This document shows positions 36,601 to 50,000 of a DNA stretch of 64,000 nt, in pieces. A program made the translations under genes and the position numbers. Source of the DNA: Bugula neritina (Eukaryota; Animalia; Bryozoa); the NCBI GenBank assembly GCA_964035545.1, contig OZ037765.1, positions 23,559,504 to 23,623,503 of the forward strand, written 5' to 3'. The notes under the pieces were generated by a model. It was not told the DNA's origin. It saw only the letters and a list, made by a program, of their open reading frames with translations, and made no database searches. Each line of letters begins with the position of its first letter. The stretch's first letter is position 1.

Positions 36601-39600
36601 ATGCGACTAGCCAGTGACACTTTCTATCGCCATTCTCTCTCACGCACCCACTTACGGTGCTGTTTATCATTTACACAGCATCAACAGGTTTTAATCATTT
36701 GTAAACTCCGTGTCATCATTCTTCTTAGATGGTTTACTCTCTCTCTCAGACAAATCAATATGGTAAAAGGAAATATGATTGCAGCTGCGCATTTGCCACT
36801 CAACTCCTTCAGACACATTAGTTTACCTCTGAATATCAATCAAATGCAAAATTTTGCTTTTAATCTCCTTATGTTCTTTTCTACTGCTGCCTATTCTAGC
36901 TACTATGTACCACTGCATTTATTACACAAGGGTAATGCCAGCAACATAGATTCAAATAGCAGTCGAGAAAAAGGGGCAGATGATATTTGTTGATAATAAT
37001 GGCTACAGCCTGCATGGTGGTCATACTTTTGTCTGATGATTAATTCCCGAAACAACACTTCATATCTAAGCTAATTAGTCAGACTAAGGAGGTTAAAAGA
37101 TAAAAAGTGTTAAACAATTTAAATGGAACCATGCTGCGGCAATGAATAATGAACATTTAAATCAATCTGCTCAGATCAAATAAAACTGAGTAGAAGAACT
37201 TATACTAAGATATGTAAGGCATAGGTATGTTGGATTTTGTAAGAATATGGCAATTTCAGCAGCTGTAGTTATTCTTAAGCAGTTTCTCCATCTCAAATTA
37301 TAAATATGATTATACATATTCAAATGCTTTAGGACAAGAAAGTGAAATGTTTAGTTTTAGTATGCCATCAAATATTTTATAATATTAACATAATATATTC
37401 ATAATGCATTGCATTACCATATACATATTCATGTCGCATCATTTTATAGGATTCGAAAATGATTGTAACAAGCTGTATGGTCTAATGTGGTTAGTATTCG
37501 GGCCACGTATTTTTTAAAACAACCTGACTGCTATATTTTGTTCAAAATTGGCATTTCAGTCTTTGTGGGTTACTATGTTAAAACTTTGGAAGGCGTAGAA
37601 ACAGTGGGGTATAAAGTCCACGAGAGGAAAGTAGGCTCAAAGCCAACACAGTAGTAAATATACAACAACCTTTACTACAAACTAATGCGAGACCAATGCT
37701 ATGGCAAACCTGCTAAAGCACTTAGACTTTGATATTATTATCAACTTGAAGATATTTAAAGATATGATTACAGCAAGTTATGAATATTTCCTTTATTAAT
37801 TCTAATCAGGCCATCAGACATGTAAGTGTGCTGTTGGGAAGACTCCTATATGCAGAAATTATATTATACGCACAATATTCATGTTTCATTAAAGGCTCCT
37901 TGAGTAACATGTGTTTAGAATTATATTTGTTTGTGTTTTGGAGAGTTATGTGCAATTTTGGCAGTCTCAGAAAGTTTCTAGTGCCAACACTTTGTGGTTC
38001 TCAGCCCAACCAGGAAACAAAACTCCAATACAAGAAATGATGCAACACCAAAGTCACACATTAGTCAGGTTTCATGTTGATGGTGTAAAGCAGCCCACGT
38101 GTCCATTGCCACATGTTTTTATTCGCATTTCACCAATCAGTAATATTCTTGACTTAATTAAAAACATTTTGTTTTAGATATATTGAAAACAAATATTAGT
38201 TTACTTATAATAACTGTGATCACAGTATTGAAATTTATGTGGGTTGTAGAGCTGATATGTTGAAATATTTATGTTTGCTGCTAAGAGAAGTAGATTTTTC
38301 CTGCGTGGGTTTGGAGTTTACTTTCTTGAAAAATATACTTTTATAGTAAGACTACATCATCATGTGTAGGAGTTCATATTTACTCCAAAATCAATATTGG
38401 CTGTTTACTAACATATCAAGGGGTCCAGCTATGTAATACAGTAATATTTGTTTGTTACCTATGTTGTTTGCATTTTTCAATAATTCAATTGTTCTGTAAT
38501 GATAATATAAGAGCATAAATAGCAGCTGTTTGCATATTTTGTTTATGCTGTGAGGTAACTTGTCTGGCTGCTCTTTCACCTAGTGTTTGTGAAACATTTT
38601 TTTCTGTTAATTAAATATTTACTTGGACATATGCAACTGTGAGTATAAGCCAAGGTTATAACATAATGTCGTGTCTTATCAGTTTGATCAAGTCTTGCAT
38701 AAAAATTTGACTTGATTATTGTAATTATTATATAAAAACATAATTTGGTATTTTAACTCTTTGCTTACAACCCCTGTGTTTGGTTAACTCAAAGCAATTT
38801 GATTAATTTGTAAAAGGTGTACGTAAGTAGATACATAGACTCAAGGTGACAAATGATTGACCTGAAAACCGAAAGCTGCGTCCTGATAGGCTGAGTAGTT
38901 TGCATTCATCCACTCACTGGAATAATAAACTGATGCATAGATAGAGCTTGACTTGGGCCTAACTAGATATAATATAGTGTGCATAGCATGAGCAAGGATA
39001 TTTGCACTACTCGTCGTACATCAGCAAGCCAGTCACTTCTTAGAGGATATTACATTTTACCCTCCTGTTTAACCAAAGCTGCACCATTTTATTAACCAAA
39101 GGAGGTTTTATCATTATTGAAAAGAGTTACGCATTAAGAAAAAGTTCAAGCAATCTGAATCAGCATATCACTGAATCTACTGGATTACATTGAGCTTTAG
39201 AAGCTACACTAGCTGCGAATTTCTGCTGCTGAATACCAATGATATCTTTATGAAATTATATTCTTTTGGCTTAAAATATGGGCACAGTCCTGGATATCAA
39301 CCATATTTTAGATCTGTTTGAGTGCCAAGCATGGGAACTTCGTTAAGTTTCCATAATAGATATTCATATACAACAGACAGGTTAGTGACAAGTTTCTAAT
39401 ACTGCATGCATATGCAATTCCTACACTTGACAGCTTCAGCTTTGTCACACTTTGTATTGTAATGTGAATGTATAATCGACAGACTAAAGACAATTTGTAA
39501 AATCGACTGACTTTGCTCTATTGAATACAAAATATTTATATTAATTAATGTGCAAATAAACATGCCAAAAGGCAGTAAAAAAGGTAATACTGCATCGCAT

Positions 39601-40686
39601 GGTTGAATCCTATTCATGGGGCCAAAAATCAATAGTTAAACAAGCAACTTGCAAGATTTGATGACAATGGACAGTCCTGAAGAAATTATCTAAATGCTAA
39701 CACTTTTGCACATTAGAACTAATGAGGTGCACCCTGCTTTCGTTTGTACAAACAATAAAAATGTTTGATAGTTATCTTCCGATGCTCACTGCACTCATCT
39801 CAAATGAATTACACAAATTTACTCAATGCTTTATGACCACCTGGGGATAATCTTTCCAACCCAAGTGTCAACTGTCCCACATTTCATGTTGTGCCGTCAA
39901 CTTTATTATAATTTGTCTTAATTTTCAATTAGCTAAAAGGTGGAATTGCCAGGGAAGAATCTTTGGTCTAGAGTATATCCTTTTTACCAAGTCTGCATAG
40001 CCTATATCACCGTTAAGGTTATCCAGAAACAATATATTGAGACTACTTTCCACAGGTGATCTTTGGTTTTGGCGTAATAGTTGTTTCTCTCTCATATTTG
40101 CATATAGTGGTAGACTGCCCAGTCACACGGAGTACAATAAAGCTGCATTACCCTGCATTATTAAAATTTAAACAAAGGACTTGAATACAGTAAAGTAGTC
40201 ATTTTACACAGGCCACAGTAAAATAGTGTCAAATCCTTATTGTGGATGTTGTTTTATAATCAGCTCAAAAAAGATGGCTCTATTGACAACTGGGTATGCG
40301 TACGATGAGATATACCTCTGTCAATGTTTATACAGATACTGTTTCAATTTCTTAATTTAGATTTACAACTGGTAGAAGTTTGCAATGGGTCAAAAAAGTG
40401 TGTGAACAGAACATTATAACTCTCGCAAGTCTAAAAATAAAACATTACAATTTAAAAGAAATAAACTGCAATAAATGAGGCTTCATGCACTGAGCTTATA
40501 ATAATGTGAGTTTTGGGCCTCACAAGTTCTGCTGCTAGGGGTAAGAGAATAGAAAAAATAAGTATGAGAGTTAACTATCTACAGCATTTTGGAAAGCAGT
40601 TCAAAGCTGTTGTGCATGTAACAAGCACTCAAGTTTTGTATAAATGCAATTAATAAACATAAATATTATGTACATTAAGTATAAAC

Positions 40687-43600
40687 ATGTATTCAAAGTA
40701 AGAATTTGTATCAGTCTTTGATTACTAGAAATTGTTGACACTTTAAACTTTACCAACTTTCATTTTAGGCTAATTATGATGATTGATGTTTACGTTGCTA
40801 ACTCAAATGGAATTCTTTTGATTTTTACTTGTATTCTTCACTCGAATTGAATCAAACAGACACTCAACACTATTAAAATATTTGCCACGTTATTTTCGCT
40901 GATGTTGTTCAACTGTTAAGCTGATGATATTGGAATAAAAGTGGCTCTGATTGAATTCAAATTTGCTTTTGCTTTTAACATAACTTATTCATACTTTTAG
41001 AGATGTTTTTAAAGTTCGAATTTTTGTTCTCGTTTTACTTATGCAATTCAATATTTTTAGGTTGGTGCTTGTGGCCCTGACGGCAGTATTCTTCTCACTT
41101 ATTAATATCCAGGAGGTGAGTGTAGCATTAGCATAATCTTACACTGCACTGCACACAGAGCACTGCACACATAGTACTGCACACAATCTCACATTCGATT
41201 GTGTTAGAAATACTTTTAAATATACTGTCACCTCACCGTTTATCTGGCCTGTGAGCATGCCTGTCTGTGGTATTGCCGTGTAATTTTTATGATAAATGAT
41301 AACCGTGGCTGCGGCTAATAAACTGCATAGCACTGCGACAAAATTAATATCAGAAATGCACTCACACTATAGGTTTCGTTGCCATGGTTACAACATTCTA
41401 TACCAACTCACTCGGAGTTTGCTATTTTCAACTTGCAAGTAGCATAAATGTTATGACAAAAAGTATAAATGTAATCAATGAATGTAAAGTGTGAAATTAG
41501 AATGGCTACTCTCCTGAAGTTTGTCTAATGCTGACAACATGCTTGGTCTAGAGGGGGCTGGGTTGGAATATGCAAGACATTTCAAAATTTGTTAATGACT
41601 TTTAAATATTTTCTTTCAGTATATTTATAATTAAGTGTATATCTCCCTTAGTTGATTGTTTATTAAAAGGCTGTCAAATAAAAGTTACTCCATTTTTACT
41701 TGTATAAATTTACAATAAGTCAAAGAATTTGTTTTAATTGAAATTTTCCAGTTTTACATCACTTACTAGTAACTTTCTTTTCCAATCATTTGTCTATGAG
41801 TTAGTTTCTAAACTTTGTCTTCAAGCTACTTGTGATTGTCTGCGAAAAGTCAAGCAAATCAACTTTCTAATGCCATAATAATATATTGTAATATCTGATT
41901 TGATTGTGCCCCTATTATCTATTTTGTTTGGTAATGCATTTGATATATTATGGCTTTGAATAACATTATCTATAGTGAACTTGGAAGCAGATAAGATAGA
42001 GCAGCTGTGCGTGTGTTCGTGTGGCGAGGTGTAGTGTTTGCAAACTATGACATAAACATATTGTACTAACGGAATGCTCTTATCACAGAAATAACTTTGA
42101 AGATTTCTTTTTACCCCTAGTTGGAGATAAACAAAGATACAGTCTCTCTTTTTAATAACTCTGATTCCATTAGGCTTCCAGTAATCAAATGTTAATTGAG
42201 AGATGTTCTTATTTTAATAGAGGATTCAGCAGGTGAGATATGTGACTAGTGTAGGCAAGGTTGCTACCGTATGTAAAGTTTTTACTTACTAAATTATTCA
42301 ATGAGATATAGATAGCCTACTAAACTTTCACAGTCTTTTTCATTGCTGGGTCTACAAGGTGAATGTTAGAGCCTTGCTTAGGATCATCAAGGTGTATATG
42401 GTCGATTCAAAGCTTTCAACAAGTTAGGGTTTTTGTGTTACACTTTTGTCCATAACTATCTAGAATACAATAAGTTTTGGATAAATCAGAGAAATAATCT
42501 TTTGAGCTAATAAATTCAAAGTGCTATATATGACAAGCTATACATTTTATCCCATAAGTACACTGACACTGGATGGTATAACGCAATGCAAAATATATAA
42601 CACTAGCTCAGTTGTGGCGTATGCTAAAGCCGTGCCTTTATATACAATTATGCTCCATACCCTTTAGCAGGTACTTTGTATACTGCAAGTTGATAATAAA
42701 AAACCTTTGTAGACGATGAGTACTGTAATATAAATTATAGAAAAACTACTTCACAATTTTGTAACCTTTATTTCTGCTTGTAGATTTCTTGTGCAGCTAT
42801 AGGACTACCAAACTCTTCATCAATGGATACAGAAGTTCACAACATAAGACATATTACTAACAATCAGAGAAAAATGGATTTGAATTTCAATGATCCAGTG
42901 CTATCAAGGTCTCCGGACATTGAAAGAAACACCACTGACCTTTATACTGGAATATACTCTATAAAAAATGACTGTAGTAACCGGTATGTAAGCATCTATG
43001 CCGGAGACATCACTGCCTCAGCCGAAAAAAGGAATCAGAGTGCTGGTAAATATTCTATTTTATTTTTGTCTTTAAATCTTCAACAACAGTTTTTATTACG
43101 CTGTAAGTATTTGCAAATTTTCCTTTAGCAAATTTATTGGCATTTGCCATATGTTTCGCCCAATCACACGTGTGTTATGTATGGCGTTAGCCAATAGCAT
43201 AATAAGCTAGTTTATCCAAGATATTTTGGCATGAGTATAAGAGCATTATAACAAATAAGTTGACCAAGACTGGTAACCTGTGATGTCATAACATAAACAG
43301 AGAAGTTAATGATGTTATAAAGTATGTCTCGGCTGGTGGTGAAATATTTCGTGCTGTCTCCAGTGTCAAATCGGAAAACAATAAAGGTCATTGATTTAAG
43401 TAAACAGTTTAAAATTCGAAAATTTGTTGCGACAATCAATATGGGAGTACTTGATATAGTAAGAATTTTCTTACAGTCTTTGCTTTTGTATTAAATATCT
43501 GTGAAGGGTAAATAAAAATTCCAACAAAGGGTCCAAAAATGTATCATATTATTATTTAAGCTGTCAATGCTACTACATGGCTACTTGTTTGTTAAATCAT

Positions 43601-45755
43601 CAATGAAAGCTAATGCAAACCGTGGTGGTGGTGGGGTGCATTGGTAACTTTTGACTGTTAACAAATGTCACAAGCTAATCTGCTGCCTGCTGGTATTAAT
43701 GCAAATGAACCAATAAAAAGGTGATATAAAGTTGCTGAGTAAACTTATTTTAAAGAGTGTATACAGCTATGTGGGCACAGTTGTGCATTTACGTGGAAAT
43801 GGCAAACTATTTCGAAGCAATTAAGCTGCCCTATCCAGGCTTATATACAACTCAACATGGGGCATAATAATAGTAACATTTTCGTTAAATAACAAGTTGA
43901 ACTCGATATAGCAGCGGTGCAAACATTGTTTTGCAATTTTCAAGTATATTTAGCACATTTCTTGCTCAAAGTGCTAATAATTAATTTATTTTCAGCTGTG
44001 CTTTAATTTATCTCCAGTAATCAATAGTAATTTAATAATTTGCAGTTTTTAGTAACTTGACTCATGTTCATGGGTGCATCTTACTCAGCTTTAGTTACAC
44101 CTATTGAATATATGAATGTACTCAACTGCCGCAAGCACCAAGTCAATAGTGACTTTGGTAATATATACATTAAGGTGCTTTTGCTCTCCATTGCCAGAAA
44201 AATAAAAATAGCTACAATTATAATCATATTTCTATATTGTTTTTTGTATTATTCTATTTCTATATTTATGACTTTTGTGTAATGTTTTATTGTAAACAAT
44301 TCTTTTACAGCACAAATAGAATTTGTGGAGATACCTGGAGTTGAAAATCAGTTTTATATTAAAAGAAAGAGCAGTACATTATATCTCTGCATAACCAGAC
44401 GAGGGAAGCTTGTTGTACTTGTGAGTATTCATTCATATCAATTTTCATACAAACTCTCCCCTTTTGTTGTTAGTTAGTCCAGTAATGTATGCTTCACAGA
44501 ATGAAACCCTGAAAATGTATCATTAATTTGCAGGAAGCTCCAAGAGAAAATACACATTTTTTTATTCATAGCAGATAATTAGTGCTTTTGCAATTTACTG
44601 AAGAAAGAATACAAGTTTCAAGAAATCTTCCTTAAAAGGATTTTGTCAAAAATCAATGTCCTCATTATAAATACATTATTTACTACATTTTTCAACAGCG
44701 GTGCATTTCATGTCAGATGACTCATGCACCTGTGCAAATTCTGTTGTTGGGATTTTCTTAGTTGCAAGTGTTGCTGACCAACTTCAAACTTAAATGTATG
44801 TTTATATTTATATATGCTGACCTGAAATATTTTCACTTCTAAACATAACTTGGCATTGCTAATACTAAAAACTAAAACTTTTGTCATACTAGCAATCTTG
44901 TCCAGCCATTAATAAATATATTTGAATTTGTATCTATTGGGAAAAACATGCAAAACTGGGATAATATAAGGATCATTTTAGTGAATTTTTCTGCAATATA
45001 GCTGAGGGATTGCAGTATTAAATTAATATAAAAGCATTGCCAGTTTTATAGCTGTTAGTTCTAACTGACCCTTTATATCCTGCAGGGTAGAATTCAGACA
45101 TAATAGGAATTTATGTAATGCTTCCTAAGGTTCACGATGCTTTGACTGTCCTTAATTACGCCCAGAAGGCTGCATAAAATGCTGCAATTCCAGGGAATTA
45201 AATTGTTTTTGGTTCACTGTAGCGTTCAGTTCAATTATTTCTTTACACTTACAATACAGGAATTCACTAAAAGGTCAACGTGTACAGCTACATCTGATCT
45301 TCTTTTCACCTGTGTCTATTCACTATCTAAATCAATGATTAGCGCTATTATTTCATTTTATACTTTTATTATTTTCAATGGTAGTCAAAGTAACCTTATT
45401 TATGCTATTAACTAAAATACCCCCTGCTTCATTTAATTTCTATAATGATCAGCACTAACTTGTTATCAATATATTGTAGACTCACCCGACCAGGGATGAT
45501 CGGTGTTCTTTTACTCAAATTCCTATCGAGCCATCAACACACTCAGACAATCGCTATGTTAAAATACAGTCAGTAGCTCAAAGTTCGTGGTATATAGGAT
45601 TTAAAAAAAATGGCAGTTCATTGAAAGGCTGGCAATACGGGATAAAGCGGGATAAATGCTTTTTCCACAGAATAGAAAAAAACTCCTCCGCACAAATGCA
45701 ATCGCTCACAAATCATCAACAAGTATTAAGTAACTTTGACAGCAGCGGTACTTGA
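40687..45755 (+). CDS. Fibroblast growth factor, FGF8/17/18-like, secreted (about 237 aa, 5 coding exons)
   Basis: Exons 40687-40697 (MYSK, least certain), 41061-41115 (LVLVALTAVFFSLINIQE signal), 42784-43045 (IYSIKNDCSNRYVSIYAGDITASAE), 44311-44420 (QIEFVEIPGVENQFYIKRKSSTLYLCITRRGKLV), 45480-45755 (DRCSFTQ...YVKIQSVAQSSWYIGFKKNGSSLKG...KCFFHR, stop TGA); 714 nt in one frame. YLCxxxxGKL, CxF and WYIGFxKxG are FGF core motifs; intron phases 2,0,1,0 agree with the FGF8/17/18 gene structure. Confidence 0.88.
41378..41391. promoter_or_regulatory. Candidate RFX X-box in FGF intron 2
   Basis: GTTGCCATGGTTAC (reverse complement GTAACCATGGCAAC) is one base from the canonical GTTGCCATGGTAAC, in an AT-rich background. 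Confidence 0.35.
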
Positions 45756-47072
45756 TACAGCTTAGATTTTCTATAAAAAGGCGAAGTCGTGATATATAGT
45801 CAGATTTGTCGACAGCTCCAAACAGTGGAGAACACAACCTACAAATATATTCAAATCATGGTGCTTCCTGTTCATGTTGCAAATGAATTAGTCAGCAGAG
45901 AGATAAGAGATAGGCCCATGGTGAGGAGGAAACCGTTACCTCACAACTTCTTTATCATGTAAGCCAAGCTTGGACTTCACATGTGGATAAATCTAGCATA
46001 CTGTTGAACCTCTATATAACACAGCTCTGTATGTAACTATTGTTGTGAGATATAGCTGCTAAGCCTACATTTAAACGTTCATATTCTCAGGTGCCTAAAA
46101 TAAATTAGAGAATCAGAAATATATGTTGTATACCTTACCCAACAGTGTATAAAACTAGAATATTATGAGTTATGTTTATAATGCTGAATCTCCTTCTTTT
46201 GATGACTATTTTAATCTCACTTTTCTGTGTGAGACGGTCATAATAACAGAATAGTTTTGTAGTATTGGAGATGATGTATAGACACATAATGCTAATTCAC
46301 CCACTTAACATTTTGAGTTCTGTATTACCAAAGAGTTGTTCTTATTTATTTGCTGTAAATATTGTGTTTAGAGTAACATTATATTATCTATGTAACATAT
46401 GTTGTTATATAAACTGACAATTGTGTAGCAGGTCAGTAATCTACATTCCTTCATGCAATGAATAAAAAATACGAATACCACAAGAAGGTGTATTTTCAGA
46501 GCAACTCTTACACAACTACAACAAGATTGACAGCTAACATGGGCACTTGAAACATTATTCATACTCAGTATTTTAACACCAATTTGTTGGTTTAACTTTA
46601 AATAAACCCCAAAACTATGTCCATAATCTTGCGGAATTCATTAAATAAATGCATAGAATTTGTCTACAAACTTATATTTCATATATTTCTAAAATCACAA
46701 ACCACTAAAAAACTGATTACACAATGTAACAGAAGTTCAATAAGAATTTAAATCATAAAAAACCGCTCAGCAAGATCTGAATATTGACAAAAAGCACACA
46801 ATAACAGAAATCCTAAAGCTAATTCTTTTCATGAATTAAATAATACAGTCAAGGATGACAAGTCTATATCAGCTTATACAGCTGATTATAAATGAATGGA
46901 CTAATATTCAGTCACTTATGAATGCAATAAATAGTTAAAATTTCATCAACAGAAAAAATTAAATGAAGCTCATGTATACAGTAAGCAGATTGCTCAAGGG
47001 CAGAAATGTTTGTAGCTGCATAACCCTTTCATAGAACTCATAATGAAACTTCTTTACAATTCCACCCGCAAC

Positions 47073-50000
47073 TCAGCTCCAGGTATTCTTGGTTAGGCTA
47101 AAACAGGTAGTGTTAAGTAGAGTGATTGAGCAAGTAACATACGACTTTCTATTGACAGGATCTGCTCAGTACCAAAAGCTAATCTAATGTTAAACAAGGT
47201 GTTCATTAATCACCAACTGTCCATACCTCACAACTTATTTGTATTCTGGACGTGTCAAAGAGTGGAGTTAGTGCTAAACTTCATACAATCAATGCATTAC
47301 AAATACTCTTCTGCTTAGAACACAAAAAATAGGAACTTTAAAGAACCACCATGGAGATTATGTTAGTAAACATATATATAAACGCTTGTAAAATGATATA
47401 AAAATGGTACAAGGAAAGCCAGTACACTTTATTGAACACGGCAGCATTCAGGGCAACTGGCAGCAGAGATTTGCCAATGAGTTGGTAAATAGCATATTAT
47501 ACTAGCTGTTGCTCTTCACTGTGATATTTTTCAGTGACTATTATTAACACAGACTCAGTAGGCAGAAGTGTTTATGTGGCTTTCATATGGCACCTATGAA
47601 TATTCATATTAGATTACTCTGTGCAAATAGACACTTGATTTACCAAAAACAAGAGCTTGTATGAAACAGGCTGACCAGGATCTCTTGCCTTTGTTAACTA
47701 TTGTAACAAAGTTGTGGCAACGGTCTTTTATCTTATGTCAAATACTTTGTATGGAATTAGAGACAATTAGCTAGCTTCGAAGAGGTAAAGATTCCAAGTC
47801 ATGGTTTAAGTTTGAATGACTAAGCGATGAGACTACACAGTAGTGATATGTTCCCACTGTTCAGCAACACATCTTCTACTCACCGCAACAACTACCGAAT
47901 TTAGAAAAAGTAGGTAAACCATACAATACTTGAAAACAGACATAAGAGCTTATTGACTATCACCAAGACAATCATTTGTTACTGCACATTCACTTGTCCT
48001 TATTTATTGTCTGAATCCAGCTTTATGCTTATTCCTTAATCACAACCAGAGTATATCTGTACAGTTGGGAAGAAAGATTTTCCTAAGAGTTATTATACTA
48101 TAGTGGACTTCTTCACTACTCCAGGAGAAGTTTTGTTTGCTTGGTAATCACCTTATCGTGTGCTATATTAGTAAATAGATAACCCTAGCCTGAGTCCATG
48201 ATATGAGGAAGACTTAACCAGGAAGTATCTGCCCGGCCTCAACTAATCAACAGCGAGGAAAGATATGTGAGAACCAATCAGAAAAAGTATCACAGAATAC
48301 AGTTCTCATGAATTACCTACCCCTTCTATGTGCTTGCTGACTTTTTCTCACTAGATTAGTGACTCTTGCCTGATCCAACACGTGCCTCTGCACCTTCTAC
48401 AAACAAAGCTATAGATATATTCTTCCAACTGACATATTTTTTAAAAAATAATTTATATATTTCAACGCTCGGTATTATCCATTTTCCCAGGCGCTTGTCT
48501 CAGTAGAAAGAATTTCCATTGTATTTGGCCATCATCAAAACCAAACTATATTATCAATTTATTTGTCCATTGAGCAAAATGCATTGACTTGTTAATTTGA
48601 GCTTTCAAAAACTTTTAGAAATATTTTTTATTTAAGTGAGCGACTTGCCCGTGGCCATCAGTCTCAGTATATTGACTTCAGAACATTTAGTCAAGAAAAT
48701 GCACACTGAACGTGCCAGTGAAGGCGTGATACTTATTACAAAGGGGAGATAAACCAGTAGCAAATAATTTTTGTGTTTGTCGACAATCTACCTGAGAATA
48801 ACGTAGCAACAAAGATTATTTTGTGAAATTTAGGGTAAATATTGCCACTATAATAATAACAAAAGAATACTTCTACTCAAATATCTACAGCCTGAGGTGG
48901 GGAATGTTGATACAGATGCATATCTTTGCGATTTCAATTTGTAAACATAAATGACAATTCATAACTTTCTGACATAAACTGTTACCCTATTGAGAAGTAT
49001 TGTTGAAATTCTACTGCAATATGACACTGAAAATAATTAAGGCTTTCAATTTTGCATCAGAAAAGAATTAAACATCTACATTACAAAATATGAAACAGCT
49101 TACAAGAATGAAGAGCAAATAAGAAGATACGATAATGTTTACAGAACAATGGGAGACTGTGACAGTGCGCACACCTACAGTTAGTATTGTTACTTTCCAT
49201 CATAAAAATATCACTAATAAAGACTGTTAGTTCAACTTCCCCTAACAAAAGCAACAGTAACATAACAATGCCTTGGACCTACATTTACCCACCATTCAAA
49301 ATCATAGGGAAAGATTCTGAAAATGAAAACAATGATTCAAGATCAGGCAGTGAGCTAATTTAATACAGGGGGAAAACTGTATGAATGCATATTTGCTAAT
49401 TTTTTTTAATTTAACCCATAACTGTTTTATTACAGTGAATATGTCCAGCATAACTCAGCCAATAGACCTGCAAAAATCAACTACTGCAAATCAGAATCAG
49501 AGTTGATTTTGAATGTCAACATAATTTCTCAATATAAAGCTCTAATTTAGTACTTTGTGCACTGAATATGGTGTGTACATTATCAGAATACCAGCATAAT
49601 CAGCTGCATATTAAAAGAAACCAACAAGTATAATAAAGTATCCAGTGGGTTACCATAGTTACCTTATTGAATAACTTGGCCTTGACACGATATGCCATTC
49701 TCTCCTGCTGAAGCAAGCCACTTTTCACCTTATTTGTTACTTCCGGCAACACTCTATACATTCTTGAAAATAAAAATTTCAATAAGGTATAAACTATTTT
49801 TTCAGAGTAGATAAAATAACTATCAATTTAATGGTTGTGACATTGCTCTACTTCTTATATCAGGTTTATGCGTCCTGGTTTGATATTTGCATCCGATTTT
49901 AATATCTGCTATATCAAAACATGTCAATTTCTGAACCAAGCAAGAATTACATATAACTATAGGTTGTATGGAATATATTAGCTAGCAGGAACTATAATCC

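Noticed and set aside
36601-36993. 130-aa plus-strand ORF
   Set aside because: No recognisable domain or splice support; lies in a probably decayed repeat region.
45756-45962. About 60 open codons in the FGF frame after the stop, suggesting readthrough
   Set aside because: Two in-frame stops (TGA then TAA) intervene and the peptide has no recognisable motif; compatible with chance.
48430-48760. CpG-richer intronic block that might be a non-autonomous Helitron or MITE (similar blocks near 52870-53160 and 55250-55800)
   Set aside because: No termini, target-site duplication or second copy could be shown inside the window.
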